Assembly (NCBI GenBank): GCA_054661495.1
Contig: BAAFSQ010000024.1
Coordinates: forward strand, 39,629 to 71,628
DNA length: 32,000 nt
Source of the DNA: Zygophlyctis sp. KS116
Taxonomy: Eukaryota; Fungi; Chytridiomycota
Direction of reading: 5' to 3'
A program made the translations under genes and the position numbers. The notes under the pieces were generated by a model. It was not told the origin of the DNA. It worked only from the letters and a program-made list of their open reading frames with translations, and did not search any database. Of the stretch, positions 10,901 through 24,390 are shown piece after piece; positions within the stretch are counted from its first letter, which is position 1, and each line of letters begins with the position of its first letter.

Positions 10901-13900
10901 CATAGCAGATTAAAATTAAACATTTTCTCAGCATTTGGAGTAAAGACAATTTCAATCGGAACTTCCGATTTTGCATTCACCACACCAGCTGCAGGTGAAT
11001 ACGAAAGCACAGGAGTGTTTTCATTATTCGTATCAAACGGCATATCTTCAAAGCTGAAATGAAATGGCATCGACTCATTATTAATGAGCTTAACAACTTC
11101 TCGAGATTTTCTGTTTATCAAAATAGATTTGAAATTTAAAGCAGTCTTGTCCATAAATACATTAGGCTCAAAAGTTTGTCCAACCAGCAAGAATGGAATA
11201 TTTATATTTTGACTGAGAATAGAAAACGTCCATAAAGACTCCTAAAAATGATCAGTCAATAGTAAATCATACCTTCAGCTCCGCAGACTCAGGATAATAT
11301 TCGAATATTATTTCGAATTTCTTACCCGCAGCTACTAATCCCTTAGATGTTATGCATTTGAAAAGCTTTTCGTTTTGAGAGGCCGAATTCCATTCGAATT
11401 CATAACTGAAATTTGTCGGATTCACAATGTAAAACCTTTTAACAGTCTTCAACTTAATTCCGCAACTAATAAATTGAATCACTCTAGTGGAAGGGTCTAT
11501 TACAGCCGGAATTCCTTCTGAAAGTGGCATGTCTGAAATACGGCGCTCGTTTAACAAATATTCACTCTCTTCTAATTCAAAATGACATAAAGGCCTTAAA
11601 GCCGAGCCTCTGAGGATTAATTGTAAAGGTTTTGCATCTTTGGGGGTATTAGATGCGAGGATTACGAGTGTGTTTTGGAATTTCAGGGCATCCATTGGCG
11701 AAAAATTAACCTGGCACGAAAAAAAATCACCTGGATCAATCACAACCTTAGATGAAGGTAAAGAAAATGCATTATTAGCAATATCTTCAATTTGAAATCC
11801 ATTTTCATCAAAGAGAAGCATATTGATTCTTAATGAGACTTTGCTGGTATTCTTGACCATTATCGTGTGCAGTCTTGACTGAAACATAAAAGTATTCTTG
11901 AACCAAATCTCTGATGTATCACATTCAAAAGTAGAAAAGTCAGCTAAAGCTGTGAGTAAAAGTGAATAATCAGCCGACTGAGATACAATTTCATAAGAAG
12001 GCTCTAAAACTGATTCATGTAAATGCGTCATACGATCGTGCCAGTCCAATGGGGCATTAGATGATATCAGCTTAATTTTGAGCACCTTCACTGCCGCTAA
12101 ATATTTTTGGATATCCACCGGTTGCTTTGCAATAAAGCTAACTATAATCTCCCTTGTACATTTTGGCCTTAAATGACAAATCGATGGATGGAAGCTGAAT
12201 TCTTGAGTTGCTGGGAATACAACTCTCAATGTTTCACAAGAATGATTTGATATGTTGAAGGGTGTCTGTTTTGGCTCCCCGATTGGGCAGTCCCCGAATA
12301 CAATTTCATTATCTGAGTCATTCGGGAGACTATCAAATGTCAAATCCTCTATATATCCTTCTCCAGAAAGTTGAATGGTCATGTCTTCAAAAAGATTGTC
12401 CGACACCTTTATCTTTAATTCTGCTTCGACTTTTCTCACTGAAGTTGGTTTATATTGTATATCCACGATCTTTGTTTCATTTGGCTTCAAAATTGGTTGT
12501 GACTGCAAAGAATGACATTCAAATTCATCCCAGTCTTTGGAGCCGCATTCAAATTTAAATTTTGTTGGAATTACACCGTCATTTTTCAATACCAGCTGCA
12601 AAGTTTGCGAATTACCCACAAGGAGACGTTTGAATTTCATCCACGGATAATTTGATTTTGATTTTAGTATAGGCTTTTCGATTGCAAGTTTCGGAAGAGT
12701 CCCCTCTCCTTGTATTTCAAAGCTGAGTGCCTTATATTTATTATCGAAAACATTTTCCACCATCGCTTCAAAGAAGGTAGAATATGATTGGATACTTGAT
12801 GGGTGAAATGAGACAGTAACATATCGATATTCATGGCTCGGTATTATCAGTTTTTTCGGCTCTACATCGAATCCAAATTCTGGATTTTCACTTTTATTCT
12901 TGTTTCTCTGCTTGACAGAAACTGACACTTCACTCGGGACCTTGAAAGGGTTGCTGATTTTGAAACGGCCTTGAGTTTGTTGTCCAACCAAAAAGGCTCC
13001 AAAATAAAATACTCTTTCTTCTTCAACATAAATACTATGAAGATTGACAAGTCCCTCCATTCGTTTCATCACTGTATGCTCTTCAAAAATTGATGTGAAA
13101 TCCCAATTATTAATCCCAGGTGTACAGCTCTCTCCGGTAATTCTATATTCAATAGCATCCGGGAAATCAATGGGGGATCTATCAGATATATCTACAGCAA
13201 CGAACTCCTCGTAAATGCCAGGCGCATCAGAATTAAACTCGACATTTACCACAATTTTTGATTTAGGAGAAATTGATGAACATATGGGAGAGATGGTGAA
13301 TGGCCCAAAGTTTACCATATCACTTTGTTTAACGATTTCCTTTTTTCCATTACTTTTGTTATTTGGTGAATTGACTCGGCTTATCAAAGCATTATGAGGT
13401 GACCTCGGAGGTTGCGCAATCTTATGATCGCTATTCACTAAACGATATACAGAAAATTTGAATTCAAATTCACCGTTATTTTCAATGATAAACTGTCGAT
13501 TATGCTTTGCTCCATATATAGTCGGCCCAAAATTCAGTTCACGGACAGGTGTTATGCTAAATTTACTAAAAACGGCCCGGGCACAAAGCTTGATGGGGAT
13601 CATAGCAGTGATTTCATCAGTCGCAGGTTCATAAATTTGACATTTGCATGATGAATGGTTTTTGATAGCGAAATCATGATGAGCCTTAAAAATGAACTGT
13701 ACAAAATAAGGTTTATCCGAAGGTTGCAAGATACCTTGCTGCGGAGATATGCTAAAATAGTTATTTAAATCTGAGTTTTCAAATAAAAATCTAAACCCGA
13801 CTTCATATTTTCCCTTGTTCTTGAGCGTACAAATCTGTTTCCCCTCTTCGAGAACTTTTTGAATTCCGAAATCTAAACCGCCATCATAACCTTTCGGAAA

Positions 13901-16900
13901 GTGAACATCCATAGCAATGTCATAAGCTTCAGCAGTAATAACAAGTGGTATTTCCTGTACAACTCCACTAACTTTCTCAGCATCACTCACTTCGATACGA
14001 ATTAATTTCTTGACAATCAGAGGCTTCATACTGCAAAACTCTGCGGAAATGGTACACTCTTGAAAATTATCCAAAACTCCTTCAACTGGCCAAATATCGA
14101 AATCATCGCCTAAAGTTTCCAGCCCTGATATTCTCCAGGAAACAGGCATGAATGTGGGATTTTTCAATTTTATATCACGCGATTCCACTCGTCCTAAAAG
14201 CATTTTTTCGAATGCAAAAGTTTTTTTGTCTATTTCGAGTTCTGGTCTAACGCCAATGCAACTAATTCTGTATAAATAAGGCTCCGGATTATCCTTAACC
14301 ATAATAATTAAAGTATCTTCGAACTGGTTGTGGGTCTTGGGGTAGGCCCAAACATTAAGAGTTGCACAACCCCCAGGGGGTATTTCTATAGAGGAAGGAT
14401 CAAAAAAGAAAGTATCCCCTTTAGTATCGTTCTTCATAGCTATGCTTATCTTGATTTCAGTGTTACCAGAATTGATGAGATTTAACGCAGCATGATTTTC
14501 AGGGTATTTATCCAAATATTTATCTCGGGGTTTATTGTAAAGCAATGGACCAAATTCGTAGGTGGATGAAGCGATCACATATTCACCAAAAACTACAATT
14601 TTTTCATCCTTCGTTTTCCTTACTTTAGAAAATATTCTTTTCGGATCGCTAATAACAGAGGAATATTGGCAATGTCCAGTAAGGTTAAGTGGAATCTTCA
14701 TTCTATGTCCTGTTATTTCAAAATTCAAAATATGAGAGAATTTCCCTACTTCTGTAGAAGAAAATCTGACCCAAATTTCTTTTTTTTCTCCAGGAGAAAG
14801 TATCCACCTGTATTTTGAATTCAAAATTTCATTTGAGTCATATTCAAAAATAGGAGTGGATTGTTCCTGTTTAAAACCTTTTGATTTTAAGGTAGATTTC
14901 TGTTCTGAATCCTCTAATCCTGCTGATTTGATTGAAAAATATGAAGAGCCTTGGATTGGTTCTCTTTCAGACGGGAAGCATATAATTTGTTCCACGAAGG
15001 GCAAGGGGATTTCATGAGATATTGAAATAATTTTTTCTTGAGAGGACTGATTAGGAAGAGTAGCGGTTATACTTTTCATCATAGAGCCTATATCCTGAGT
15101 GGCGTTGAGATTAGCGACGGTAAAAAAAGCTTGATCTTCATCCTGGGCATCCAAAACATTTGTAGATATGTTTTTGTCATCTTCATTAATCTTACAGCTC
15201 TTTTTCTTTTCGTGAACTTTTGAGGTAGAAGATATCTTTTCCAAATTCTGTTCTTTTAAAAATGTAACAATATTATCAATATTGTTTGCATATTTTTCGT
15301 ATAATCTTGCAGTTTCATCACTTAAATTAAAATTGTTCTCATTTTTCAGTTCTTCTTCCAGAGAAGCACCCTTTTTAACCAGAATGCTAGCCTGATTCCG
15401 ACCGTGGGAACTGATTGCACGAGTTACATTGTTCAGTAATGAAGATCCCCGCGCTAAGGTAGACTTTTCAGGCCTTTCTGATCTTATCGGGGAAGCAGCT
15501 TTAGGTTTACCTCTACGTTTTGATTTATCATCATCTTTCTTATCAGCAAATTTAGAAGTGAATTCTTCTTGGATCGCTCTTTTTTGGAATTGCTTCCTTT
15601 CATTTATCTCCTTTAACTTTTTTTTGTATTTACTTAAAGCAAGATTGTAGACATCTTTATCATACTCCTTAAGATTATCGTACTCTTCTTCAGACATCTC
15701 TTTTACAAAATATTGCTTGATTTCATTATCGAAAGCTTGATTGAATAAGACTGTTTCTCGCGATTTAATACACTGAAAATCGACATCTAGATTGAAAAAA
15801 TAATTTCGCTTGATCAAAGGATGGATTCTAGATAATTCTTTCAGTATCAAAATAGGAGACACATTATATTTAGTGTCTAAGCCATCCAAGATAAATCCTT
15901 TACAACAGTCCGGCTTAAATATTCTTGAACTAAGTATTTCACTAATATTTTCGTCGTTTGCTTGAGTGTGCTGACTGATCATTGATTCTTCGATAATTTG
16001 TTCAGTCTTTAGCCATGGAATACCATACATTCCAGAAAGTTTTTCGCAAAGAGTGCTCTTTCCAGATAATGGAGGTCCGTGAACAACTATCAATAAAAAT
16101 AGGTCAGGCTGAATTTTAGATAAATTATCTCCTAAGCTTTCTGATCCAGATAAATCACCAAATCTCAATCTATTTGCTTCATTCAAAATGTCCAAAATAG
16201 GCGATCCTGCAGCACAAATATTAGTATATAACAATCCATCTTCAAAGGTGCCAAATTTACGAAGCGTTTCTTCATCTTCTAAGTACTGTTTATCAAAATC
16301 CAAAGAGTATATCTCAATAGGATAGTTTGTCGGATTCAATATATCCACCCTTGCTTCGGCACCTTCTGAAAAAGGAAGTACAGGTCCTAGACTAATCATT
16401 TCCTTGTCAAATTGAACTGTTAAAGAACTCCCACTACCCTTCAGTTCAAGTAATACTGGCTTAGGATTATGTAAAATGTTAATTGGTATTTCTTTAACAT
16501 GTTGAGCATCGCCAATTGGGGAATATATTACTTTAATAAGCTGTTTCTCGCCCGGTAAAATATTTGATTTCGATGGAACAAATATAAAAGCCTTTTCTTC
16601 ATTGTTAAGCTGCTTTTTGAATTTTCCAGATTTGTCTCGAGATACAAGCTCATCAGCTGCCCATTCGACAGAAACTAGACCAGTGTTTTGGAATTCAAAG
16701 TAGGCTGTTTTGCGAGTTCCATTAATCACTTCTCCGAAATCGAATGAGTTCGGGGTAATTGATAGATCGGGAATTGTAATTACAGCTTTGACATTAATAA
16801 ACATCGCAGGGCCACCTTGAATACTGACAGGAATATTCAAATCGATATATTTCGATTTTTGACCATTTGAACTCTTTGCAGATATTGAAATTATTATTTC

Positions 16901-19900
16901 AGCAGATTCCTTTGGTCCGAGTAATTTTAATTTATCGGGATCTACGTTGATTCCAAATGAAACAGAGTACGATTTATCTATATTCATTGATGCAGGTAGA
17001 TCGCCCATGTTAGTGATACGGATCACTTTTGTGCGTGAAATATTTTTTAATATTGTGCCAAAATCACATATATATGTTACTAAATTGAGTTTTGAGCCTT
17101 CAATGAAGGAAAATGACTTCTTATTGGAATGGTTTCCAAAGAATAAATGTTTTGATCGAACTTGGGAACTTCCTCCTTGCGCAGCCATTTGTGAAAGCAA
17201 CACCTTCGTCTTTTCACAAAGAATCAATTTTTCAACCCCCACTATCATATCTTGCTCTGAAATGAAATTTGCCCGTTTAGATTTTAGTTCCTCAATAATT
17301 TCTTCAAATCGCTTATCCGAAGCTCTAGGAAGATCCAAGAAAATATTGGAATATATTCCACAACCAGATACATGAATTGGAACCGGTTCAAAATTTGCAA
17401 TCCTTAAGTAAAAGTAATCATCAGTTACTTCAGGGGAGAAATTACAAAATCTTACTGTAAGCTTCTGCTTCTCATTAGGTTTAAGCACTCCTTGCAAAGG
17501 GTAAATTCCCAATTTTTGTGAAAGAGAGGATTCAGAAAAAAGCAAGATCTCGTAATCAAACAGAATGGTTCCGCAGTTGCCGAAATTAATTTCCTGCTCC
17601 ATAATATCTTGATATGGCTTCGAACCAAAATCAATCGAAGTCCTGTCTAAGAAATAGTCAATAGATGAAGCCTCCCCTAAGAGCTTTATTTCATATCTTG
17701 GCCCGCCATATATATCACAAATGGCATTACATTCGTATTTCCCAGAATAATGACCAAAATATAGCGCTTCAAATTCTCTGATTTCGCCAGCTAAAACCTC
17801 TCCACATTTGGGCATAATGTCAAAAACTTGCCCGAAATCAAAATTTGTAGAAGCATTATCGAAACTTTGGCAGCCGTCTAAATTCCAGCAGAAATTTATC
17901 GGCAATTTTCCGCAATTGGTCATTTTGAATTTGATTCTTTTTTCTGTTAATAATGAAATACATTGAAAATCTATCGAAGAAGTGGAAAGTTCAACATTCG
18001 GAAAAGATACGTCACTTATCAGTTCCAAGAAATCCTTTTGTGGATGTTCATCATACAAAATAATCAACTTAGAAGAACGCCTAGCTGAGAGTCGATCTTT
18101 GTGAATTGAGGGATCATAAAATACTGGGATTTCTTTGACTTCACCAGATTGGAGAAGTAACTTGTTATCCAAATCTATATAATAGCCGTCCGGGCATCGA
18201 AAATCAATATGAAGAGGCAAAGATGATGAGTTTTTTAGACATAGCTTTCTCTGTATCAAACTAAAAGATTCCTGGTCAGCAGAAAACTTAAACACGAATT
18301 CGAGAATATTCGGAGAAGCGATAACAATTGGCGAAATAAAATTAGCACGAACTTCGGTTTCAAATATTATTTTTTTGGTGGGGTTATTTTCCATACCTGA
18401 TAAGCAAACCAGCTTTTCATTGATAGCCGATGATTTTAATGAGTTTCCTTTTATGACGAATGTTTGTTGAGTCCCAGGCTTGAGCGAAGTCCTGGTAGGA
18501 GAAACTGAAAAACAAATAGATAGGTTCGAAGTTAAATCTTTAGTGGCAGAGTTATTTTCTTTATTCTGCCAAGTGATCGTTTGGGCGCGGCGGCCATTAT
18601 TTGTCAGTTTTATTTCCTGAATACATTGCATATTGTTGAAAACGTCTCCAAAATCAATTTCTCTGACATCTGAGTCAAAAAGTATAGGAGAGCCAAGACC
18701 CTTAGCAGTAAGTTGAATTTCATGAGTTTTTTCAGGATACACACGAATTCTTAGGAGATCTGTAAACTTTACAGAATCATCAAGAAACGCAAAAAGATTC
18801 AGCTGAGTTTCATCTCCTGGCAATATACAACCTGAAGCAGGGACCACAGAAAACACTGAAGATTCGCCAACAATCCCACAAGTAAAACTAGCGGGGATTG
18901 GTGAGCAGTTTTTGATTTTCAAAACTTGCGTTGCGCTTGTTAAAACAGAAATTTTCCCCCAATTTACACTTAAACTAGAAAAAGACAATTCCGGTCCCAC
19001 TCCAAAGGCAAAAACATCTACCAATCTAGGCCCATTATCATACCCGGCAATGGTAATAGCTAATGGGAAAGATATATGACCCAATTGGTTAGCAATCAAA
19101 TTAACATCGACAAATTCTGTGGTATTCGGCTTTATTATTCCGCTTGTCTTTTTTGAAAAATATGAATAAAATTGTTTCGAATCTTCATCTTGGACTGCAA
19201 GCTCGAACTTAGCCAGATAATTCGAAGAATTTTTCAGTGCGATTTCCTTTTGGTAAGGATATGAAAGAAAACATTCATCAAAAGTTAAGGCTTTTTGGTC
19301 AATTATAATCTTTTAAGTTTAGAAAAAGAAATTCTTACCGATGGTGCCATAACAGTAGCGGTTATGGGAACTTTAATAACCTCTTTTTGCACATTGTGTA
19401 TGTCAACCACCAGCAATAGTTTGTAGTGTTTCACTTGTGAAGGAAGCAACTGTATTTCGACCGATTTATTCGAAACTTCCTCGATAATTCCAAATTGATT
19501 ACTGATAGAAAAATCTTTGTCGGATTCTCCTTTGAGCCTTACTTCATATTTGACCGATATTTTTGAAGTATTGATAATTTGGAAACTAAGACTAGATGCA
19601 AACCCATAAGCAATTTTTCCAAAGTTGATTCTGTCAACATTTAGATGTATACTTGGTCCGACGCTTCGCCCCTTAAAAGTCAAAATCAAAGGTTCCGGAG
19701 ACCCAGTGAGATCCCATTCGAACTCTTCATAAATATTCCCTAAACTATCTGGAGCAAAAAAGATATCAATTTTGACCTGCTCTCCTACTTTCAGATAGCC
19801 AGCAGAAGGAGAGAATCTGAATAAGGGCCCAAATACTCCCTTGGATTCTCTTAATTTATATTCAAGTTCAATATCTCCACGATTTTCCAAAACAACCTAA

Positions 19901-21417
19901 AATTAAACGCAAAAAAATCGTACATCATATTGATGCTCGGTATTTATAAATATTTCCTCTAGATCTAACACGTCGTAAGAGAATCGTGCTTTTGGACCCA
20001 CGCCGTCCCCCTAAATTATAAGAGTGTATTAATACTTACCTTCATCGACAAATGAAGACGACTTTCTCGACCCTGAATGTCGCAATAAGCCACTCCAGAC
20101 ACCTTTTCCGTAGCTTGCGGAAGAAAGTAAACTTTAAGATCCAATGTTGAGCCTGGCCAAACCATCCCAGATGCTGGTTCAATTTTAAACGATTCATTTT
20201 TGAATAGAAGCGTGCTAGAATTAATTTTTCTCCGTAAATTCTATTGTATTTATTAACAGAATGGTCTATACCTTGTATTTTTCAGTAATTGTGACAACAT
20301 CGCATAAATCTAATTTTTGCTGTTCCGGCTATTGATTTAGAAATATAAAACATACTGTCTGGCTGTTAAAAGCCTCTAGTTCCCTCGCCTCTTCTCTATA
20401 CAGCTCAATTTCTTGATTAGACTTGAATAATTTCTCTTCAGTTTCAGAAAAATGATCTTTCCAAACAAAATTTGCCTGTAATTATTATGTTTTAATATAC
20501 CATAATGTCTGAATTATTTATAAGTTTAACAATCTTGTAAGAAATAAGTCCAATTGATGTATTATCCATAGTGATCGAAGACTGTTCTAGTCTAATTAAA
20601 GCATCTTCAGCAGTCCCATATATTTGAGAATAAATAGATTCCCCAGTATCATATGTAAGCGATAATTCTGTAGAAAAACTTGCGATTTCCTAATATTTTT
20701 AAAAAAAATAAAACCTACTTTTGGAATAAAATTGATATCAATTTGAATAGCCTTCCCAGCTTGTAAAAATCCATTATCCGGAATTATTTCAAACGGACCA
20801 GAATAATCAATTACAAATTTCGCATCTTTACTCCCTATATTTCGAACTAGAATTGTTTTTGTAGACTTGAATTTCACTGGAGCATCAGTAAAACTAATTG
20901 AATCTGGAAAATCAAACAGTGCTCTAGCTCCTATTGCTCTTATTGGTACTATAAATTTTTCCCTTTCTGAAGAGCAGATTAGATTATATGAATAGTCTAT
21001 TTTTTCTTCTGGTTTAAACTTTAGAATATATGATGCTTCCATTCCTGGAGCAACTCTTTCTGAGATTAGAGAAGTTGATTTCCAACCAGAAATAGAAAAA
21101 TACGGCGACTCTACTGGATCTATTTTCAATCTTCTAGTAAAACTATCCACATTTTTAAAATTGATAATGACTTCATAAGTCATGAATGGTTCAAAAGATT
21201 GTAAATGAATCAGACATGGATTTGGCTGAAATAGTGGACGATCTAATCCCACAGTATAATTTCTGACCGCGCCTTCTTTATCATCCAAAATTTCAATAAT
21301 CTGCGGAATAATATCCTTTTCTAGCGTTGCTAATTTATCACGAGTAGATAATAGTCTATCTTTAATATAAGAGGAGGGAGATTGTTTGGTTAAATGTCTT
21401 TTAGCATTCCCTCCCAT
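7974..21417 (-). CDS. HYDIN: HYDIN, axonemal central-pair protein (4376 aa, 11 introns)
   Basis: Tandem ASH/PapD-like repeats (N..G...F.W...P..G...P), adenylate-kinase-like P-loop VHGPPLSGKST, RPLCHFELEESEYL and C-terminal WVYYLK. Introns 20690-20718, 20476-20500, 20329-20355, 20241-20271, 20011-20039, 19897-19923, 19310-19338, 11242-11272, 8736-8767, 8429-8454 and 8166-8192. Spliced length 13131 nt is divisible by 3. Confidence 0.95.
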
Positions 21418-21439
21418 TTTCCTTTTTTATATTTCCTTT

Positions 21440-21453
21440 GTGACGTCACGTCA
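21440..21453. promoter_or_regulatory. CRE-like palindrome GTGACGTCAC plus overlapping ACGTCA upstream of HYDIN
   Basis: Perfect TGACGTCA (ATF/CREB bZIP consensus) 23 nt from the HYDIN ATG in an otherwise AT-rich spacer. Confidence 0.55.
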
Positions 21454-21542
21454 TGCGTGAAATTTAGATATTCATTCCCTAGGGACATGCATGGAAAGTG
21501 TTTCTTCAAATTACTCTTAAAATCTAGTTGCTCAACAACTCA

Positions 21543-21574
21543 AAATACTCTTAAACTCAAATACTCTTAAACTC
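21543..21574. repeat. 16-bp tandem duplication AAATACTCTTAAACTC x2
   Basis: Copies at 21543-21558 and 21559-21574, with a partial TACTCTTAAA near 21512. Confidence 0.8.
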
Positions 21575-21720
21575 AAATTACACAGAAAGATCTAATAAAG
21601 AGAAATCTCAAAGAATAGAATTTAAAAGGAAACCTAGTTATATCTAGATTAAACCTACTCAAACAGTCAAAAAGTAGACCTAAAGCATGTATAACCCTCC
21701 TAGGTCTGCTAGGGTCAAAC

Positions 21721-22516
21721 ATGGAAAAAATTGATTCGCTGCTGAGAAATGCGTTGGACTCTGTAAAACACAAATCCTTTATACTTTCTATTGAAAATAA
21801 CATTCTTGATCTATTGCAAAGTCAAGAGTAAATAATTTGATTAAAAAATAGAGTTCAATTGGAATATTTTCAGCTCAATTCTTACTACAGACTCTTGATC
21901 CACAAAATTGGAGATTACTATGGTCTAGCGAGACAAAATGATTCTGTCAGGAAATGTATTATATTATATAAAACAAGTGTTACTAAAGAACCAATCAATA
22001 AGTTGAAAGATTTAACTAGAAAATTTTCTATAATGCAAAGAAAGGTAGAAAATACTCCGGTAACGTCTCAAAACACTACTGAAATTCATTCATTCAAGGA
22101 TAGAGAGGCTATTTATGAAGCAACTAGGGCTAGGATATTTTCAGAACCTACAACAGCAGACACAAGCTCTTCATCAATCAACGGGGTTTCAGGCCCAATC
22201 TCAATAGGTAATTTAGAGATTCTTAATACTAGCTAAAAATAATAAGAACATATCAGCACATTCTGATCCAGGAATTCAGAAAGAATTTTCAAACTGTGAG
22301 TTTAAGATCAATTCAGCTACTCCTTATCAAGAATATATAAATCATTACCCGATATATCCTACATCATCGTATGGATTACATTCAATGCAAAATGTAAATT
22401 ACTCTAGTCTTTTATTGGGTAATAATTCTGGTGTTTATCCAATACCAGTTTACTATTCAGATAATCCAATGGGATCTCCTGGTTATAATTTAAATTTTGG
22501 AAATTATCAAAATTAA
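21721..22516 (+). CDS. R3H + SUZ domain RNA-binding protein (Rbs1/encore/R3HDM-like, 248 aa, 2 introns)
   Basis: LNSYYRLLIHKIGDYYGL (R3H), FSIMQR and DREAIYEATRARIF (SUZ), and a Y/P/N-rich tail. Introns 21828-21851 and 22208-22232. Stop TAA at 22514-22516. Confidence 0.87.
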
Positions 22517-23762
22517 AGCCACGTTTTAACAATTTTTGATGCTAATTTAACAAGAGGCTTAACATTTCTTGATTGTAATTCTGCAAGTTTAACCTGTTTA
22601 GCCCTTGAGAATAATTTGAGTCTATTAAATTCTATTTCTTGAGATAATTTTGCATCTCTTGTAAACAAAAATGCTTGCGACTCTAAATCTGTATTTAGAG
22701 ATCTTGAATTAAAATTTGAAGATCCAATAGTATTTACAGTCCATTCCTTTGATTCAAATTTAAATTTCCCCCAAAAACCTTTTGCATGAAAAGTCCAACC
22801 AGGCCTATTATACTCAAACAATTGTATATTTTGAGAATTCTCTATTAGTTCTTGTTCTAAACAAGAATAAGCATCTGGAAGATATTTTGAAACATTATTA
22901 GCACCATAAAACCCATTTGCAGTTGGAGAACTTGTCAAGACATCTAATTTTATCCTAGACTCATTTATAACCTTTAATAGCCTAGAAGGAATATTTAAAT
23001 ACGCAGAACTTAGATATCCTTTCCCCCCTTGTTCCCCCAACATTTGTATCAACCAATTCAACAATTTCTCTTCTTGTTTAATCTATAATCAATTTAAAGA
23101 AAAATTACACCCAAAGATCCCAATTGTACTGTTGGAATTATAAAAGTGTTTCCTTTTTTCAACAATTCCACTACATTTTCTTGATTTGAAATACTCTCTA
23201 TTCCCCTACAAGCCTGCACTAATCCTTGATAAGAATCCCTTGGTCCGTTTAAATTCCCTAAAGAGTCTATAGAATAAGAAACATTATAAATAGAAGAAAA
23301 TAATTTTCTATAAAATTCAGCCAACTCTTCATTCTGCTTAAACACAATATATCTAATTTTTATCAAGTAAAACACTTACCTATCCTGCCTATTAGTAAAA
23401 TAATCAGTACTTAAATTAGCACCAGTCATAATAACATCATTATCCATCAAGAAGCCCTTTACATGAAAAGTGCCCAAAGTCTCATTCCACCTCCTTGGCA
23501 TAAACTGAGAAAAATCCTGATAATTTGGAGATTTAAAAAGATGCAATTGTATCCTTGGGTCTTTTAGGAGAGGAATCCTATTCCCTCTATAGAAATCTAG
23601 TCCGACATGAATTTCCTTTTGAATGTCCAAAATGTCCAAAATTTCCTTGAATTCTTGAGATCCAATGTACAGACAGTTTAAATACACTGATGATTTTGAA
23701 TTTTTTATTTTATTGAATAGCTGGAGCTTAAATTCCAATGGAGAATCCAAGATTTCAATCAT
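22513..23762 (-). CDS. PGS1: Phosphatidylglycerophosphate synthase, PLD-type (398 aa, 2 introns)
   Basis: HVKGFLMDNDVIMTGANLSTDYFTNRQDRY, SSAYLN, SPTANGFYG, WTFHAKG and IGSSNF..RS...DLE. Introns 23353-23379 and 23083-23108. The start codon is less certain than the identity. Confidence 0.93.
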
Positions 23763-23830
23763 TGGCACTAGCACTAGGTTATAAAGGAATTCTAGGCTTG
23801 TAACCAAAGGCCTTTTATGAGTTTACAATT

Positions 23831-23869
23831 TTATGAGTTATGAGTTTATGAGTTTATGAGTTTATGAGT
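23831..23869. repeat. 8-bp tandem repeat (TTATGAGT) x about 5
   Basis: ttatgag ttatgagt ttatgagt ttatgagt ttatgagt, plus one more copy near 23815, between the ATG8 stop and the PGS1 start. Confidence 0.9.
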
Positions 23870-23977
23870 ACTAGATTTATATTTTTATTACAATTGAGAT
23901 GTGAATACTTGTGAGATTATCATTGAGAACAACGTTCAAGAAGAGTAAATCTAAAAAAGTCTTAAGTCGGACAAGTC

Positions 23978-24363
<386 letters not shown>

Positions 24364-24390
24364 TTATGAAAAGTATTTTATATTAGACAA

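Noticed and set aside
16052-16078. P-loop GPPLSGKST as a separate or novel NTPase
   Set aside because: It is the known adenylate-kinase-like domain of HYDIN, in frame within the long exon.
342-17634. Short antisense or alternate-frame ORFs (for example 342-530, 1643-1828, 5827-6156, 9185-9406, 10640-11062, 16947-17375)
   Set aside because: They are shadows of NOT1, COX5 and HYDIN with no recognisable motifs.
21474-21539. RFX X-box-like words ATTCCCTAGGGAC and GTTGCTCAACAAC upstream of HYDIN
   Set aside because: Partial matches only, with no equivalent upstream of CFAP157.
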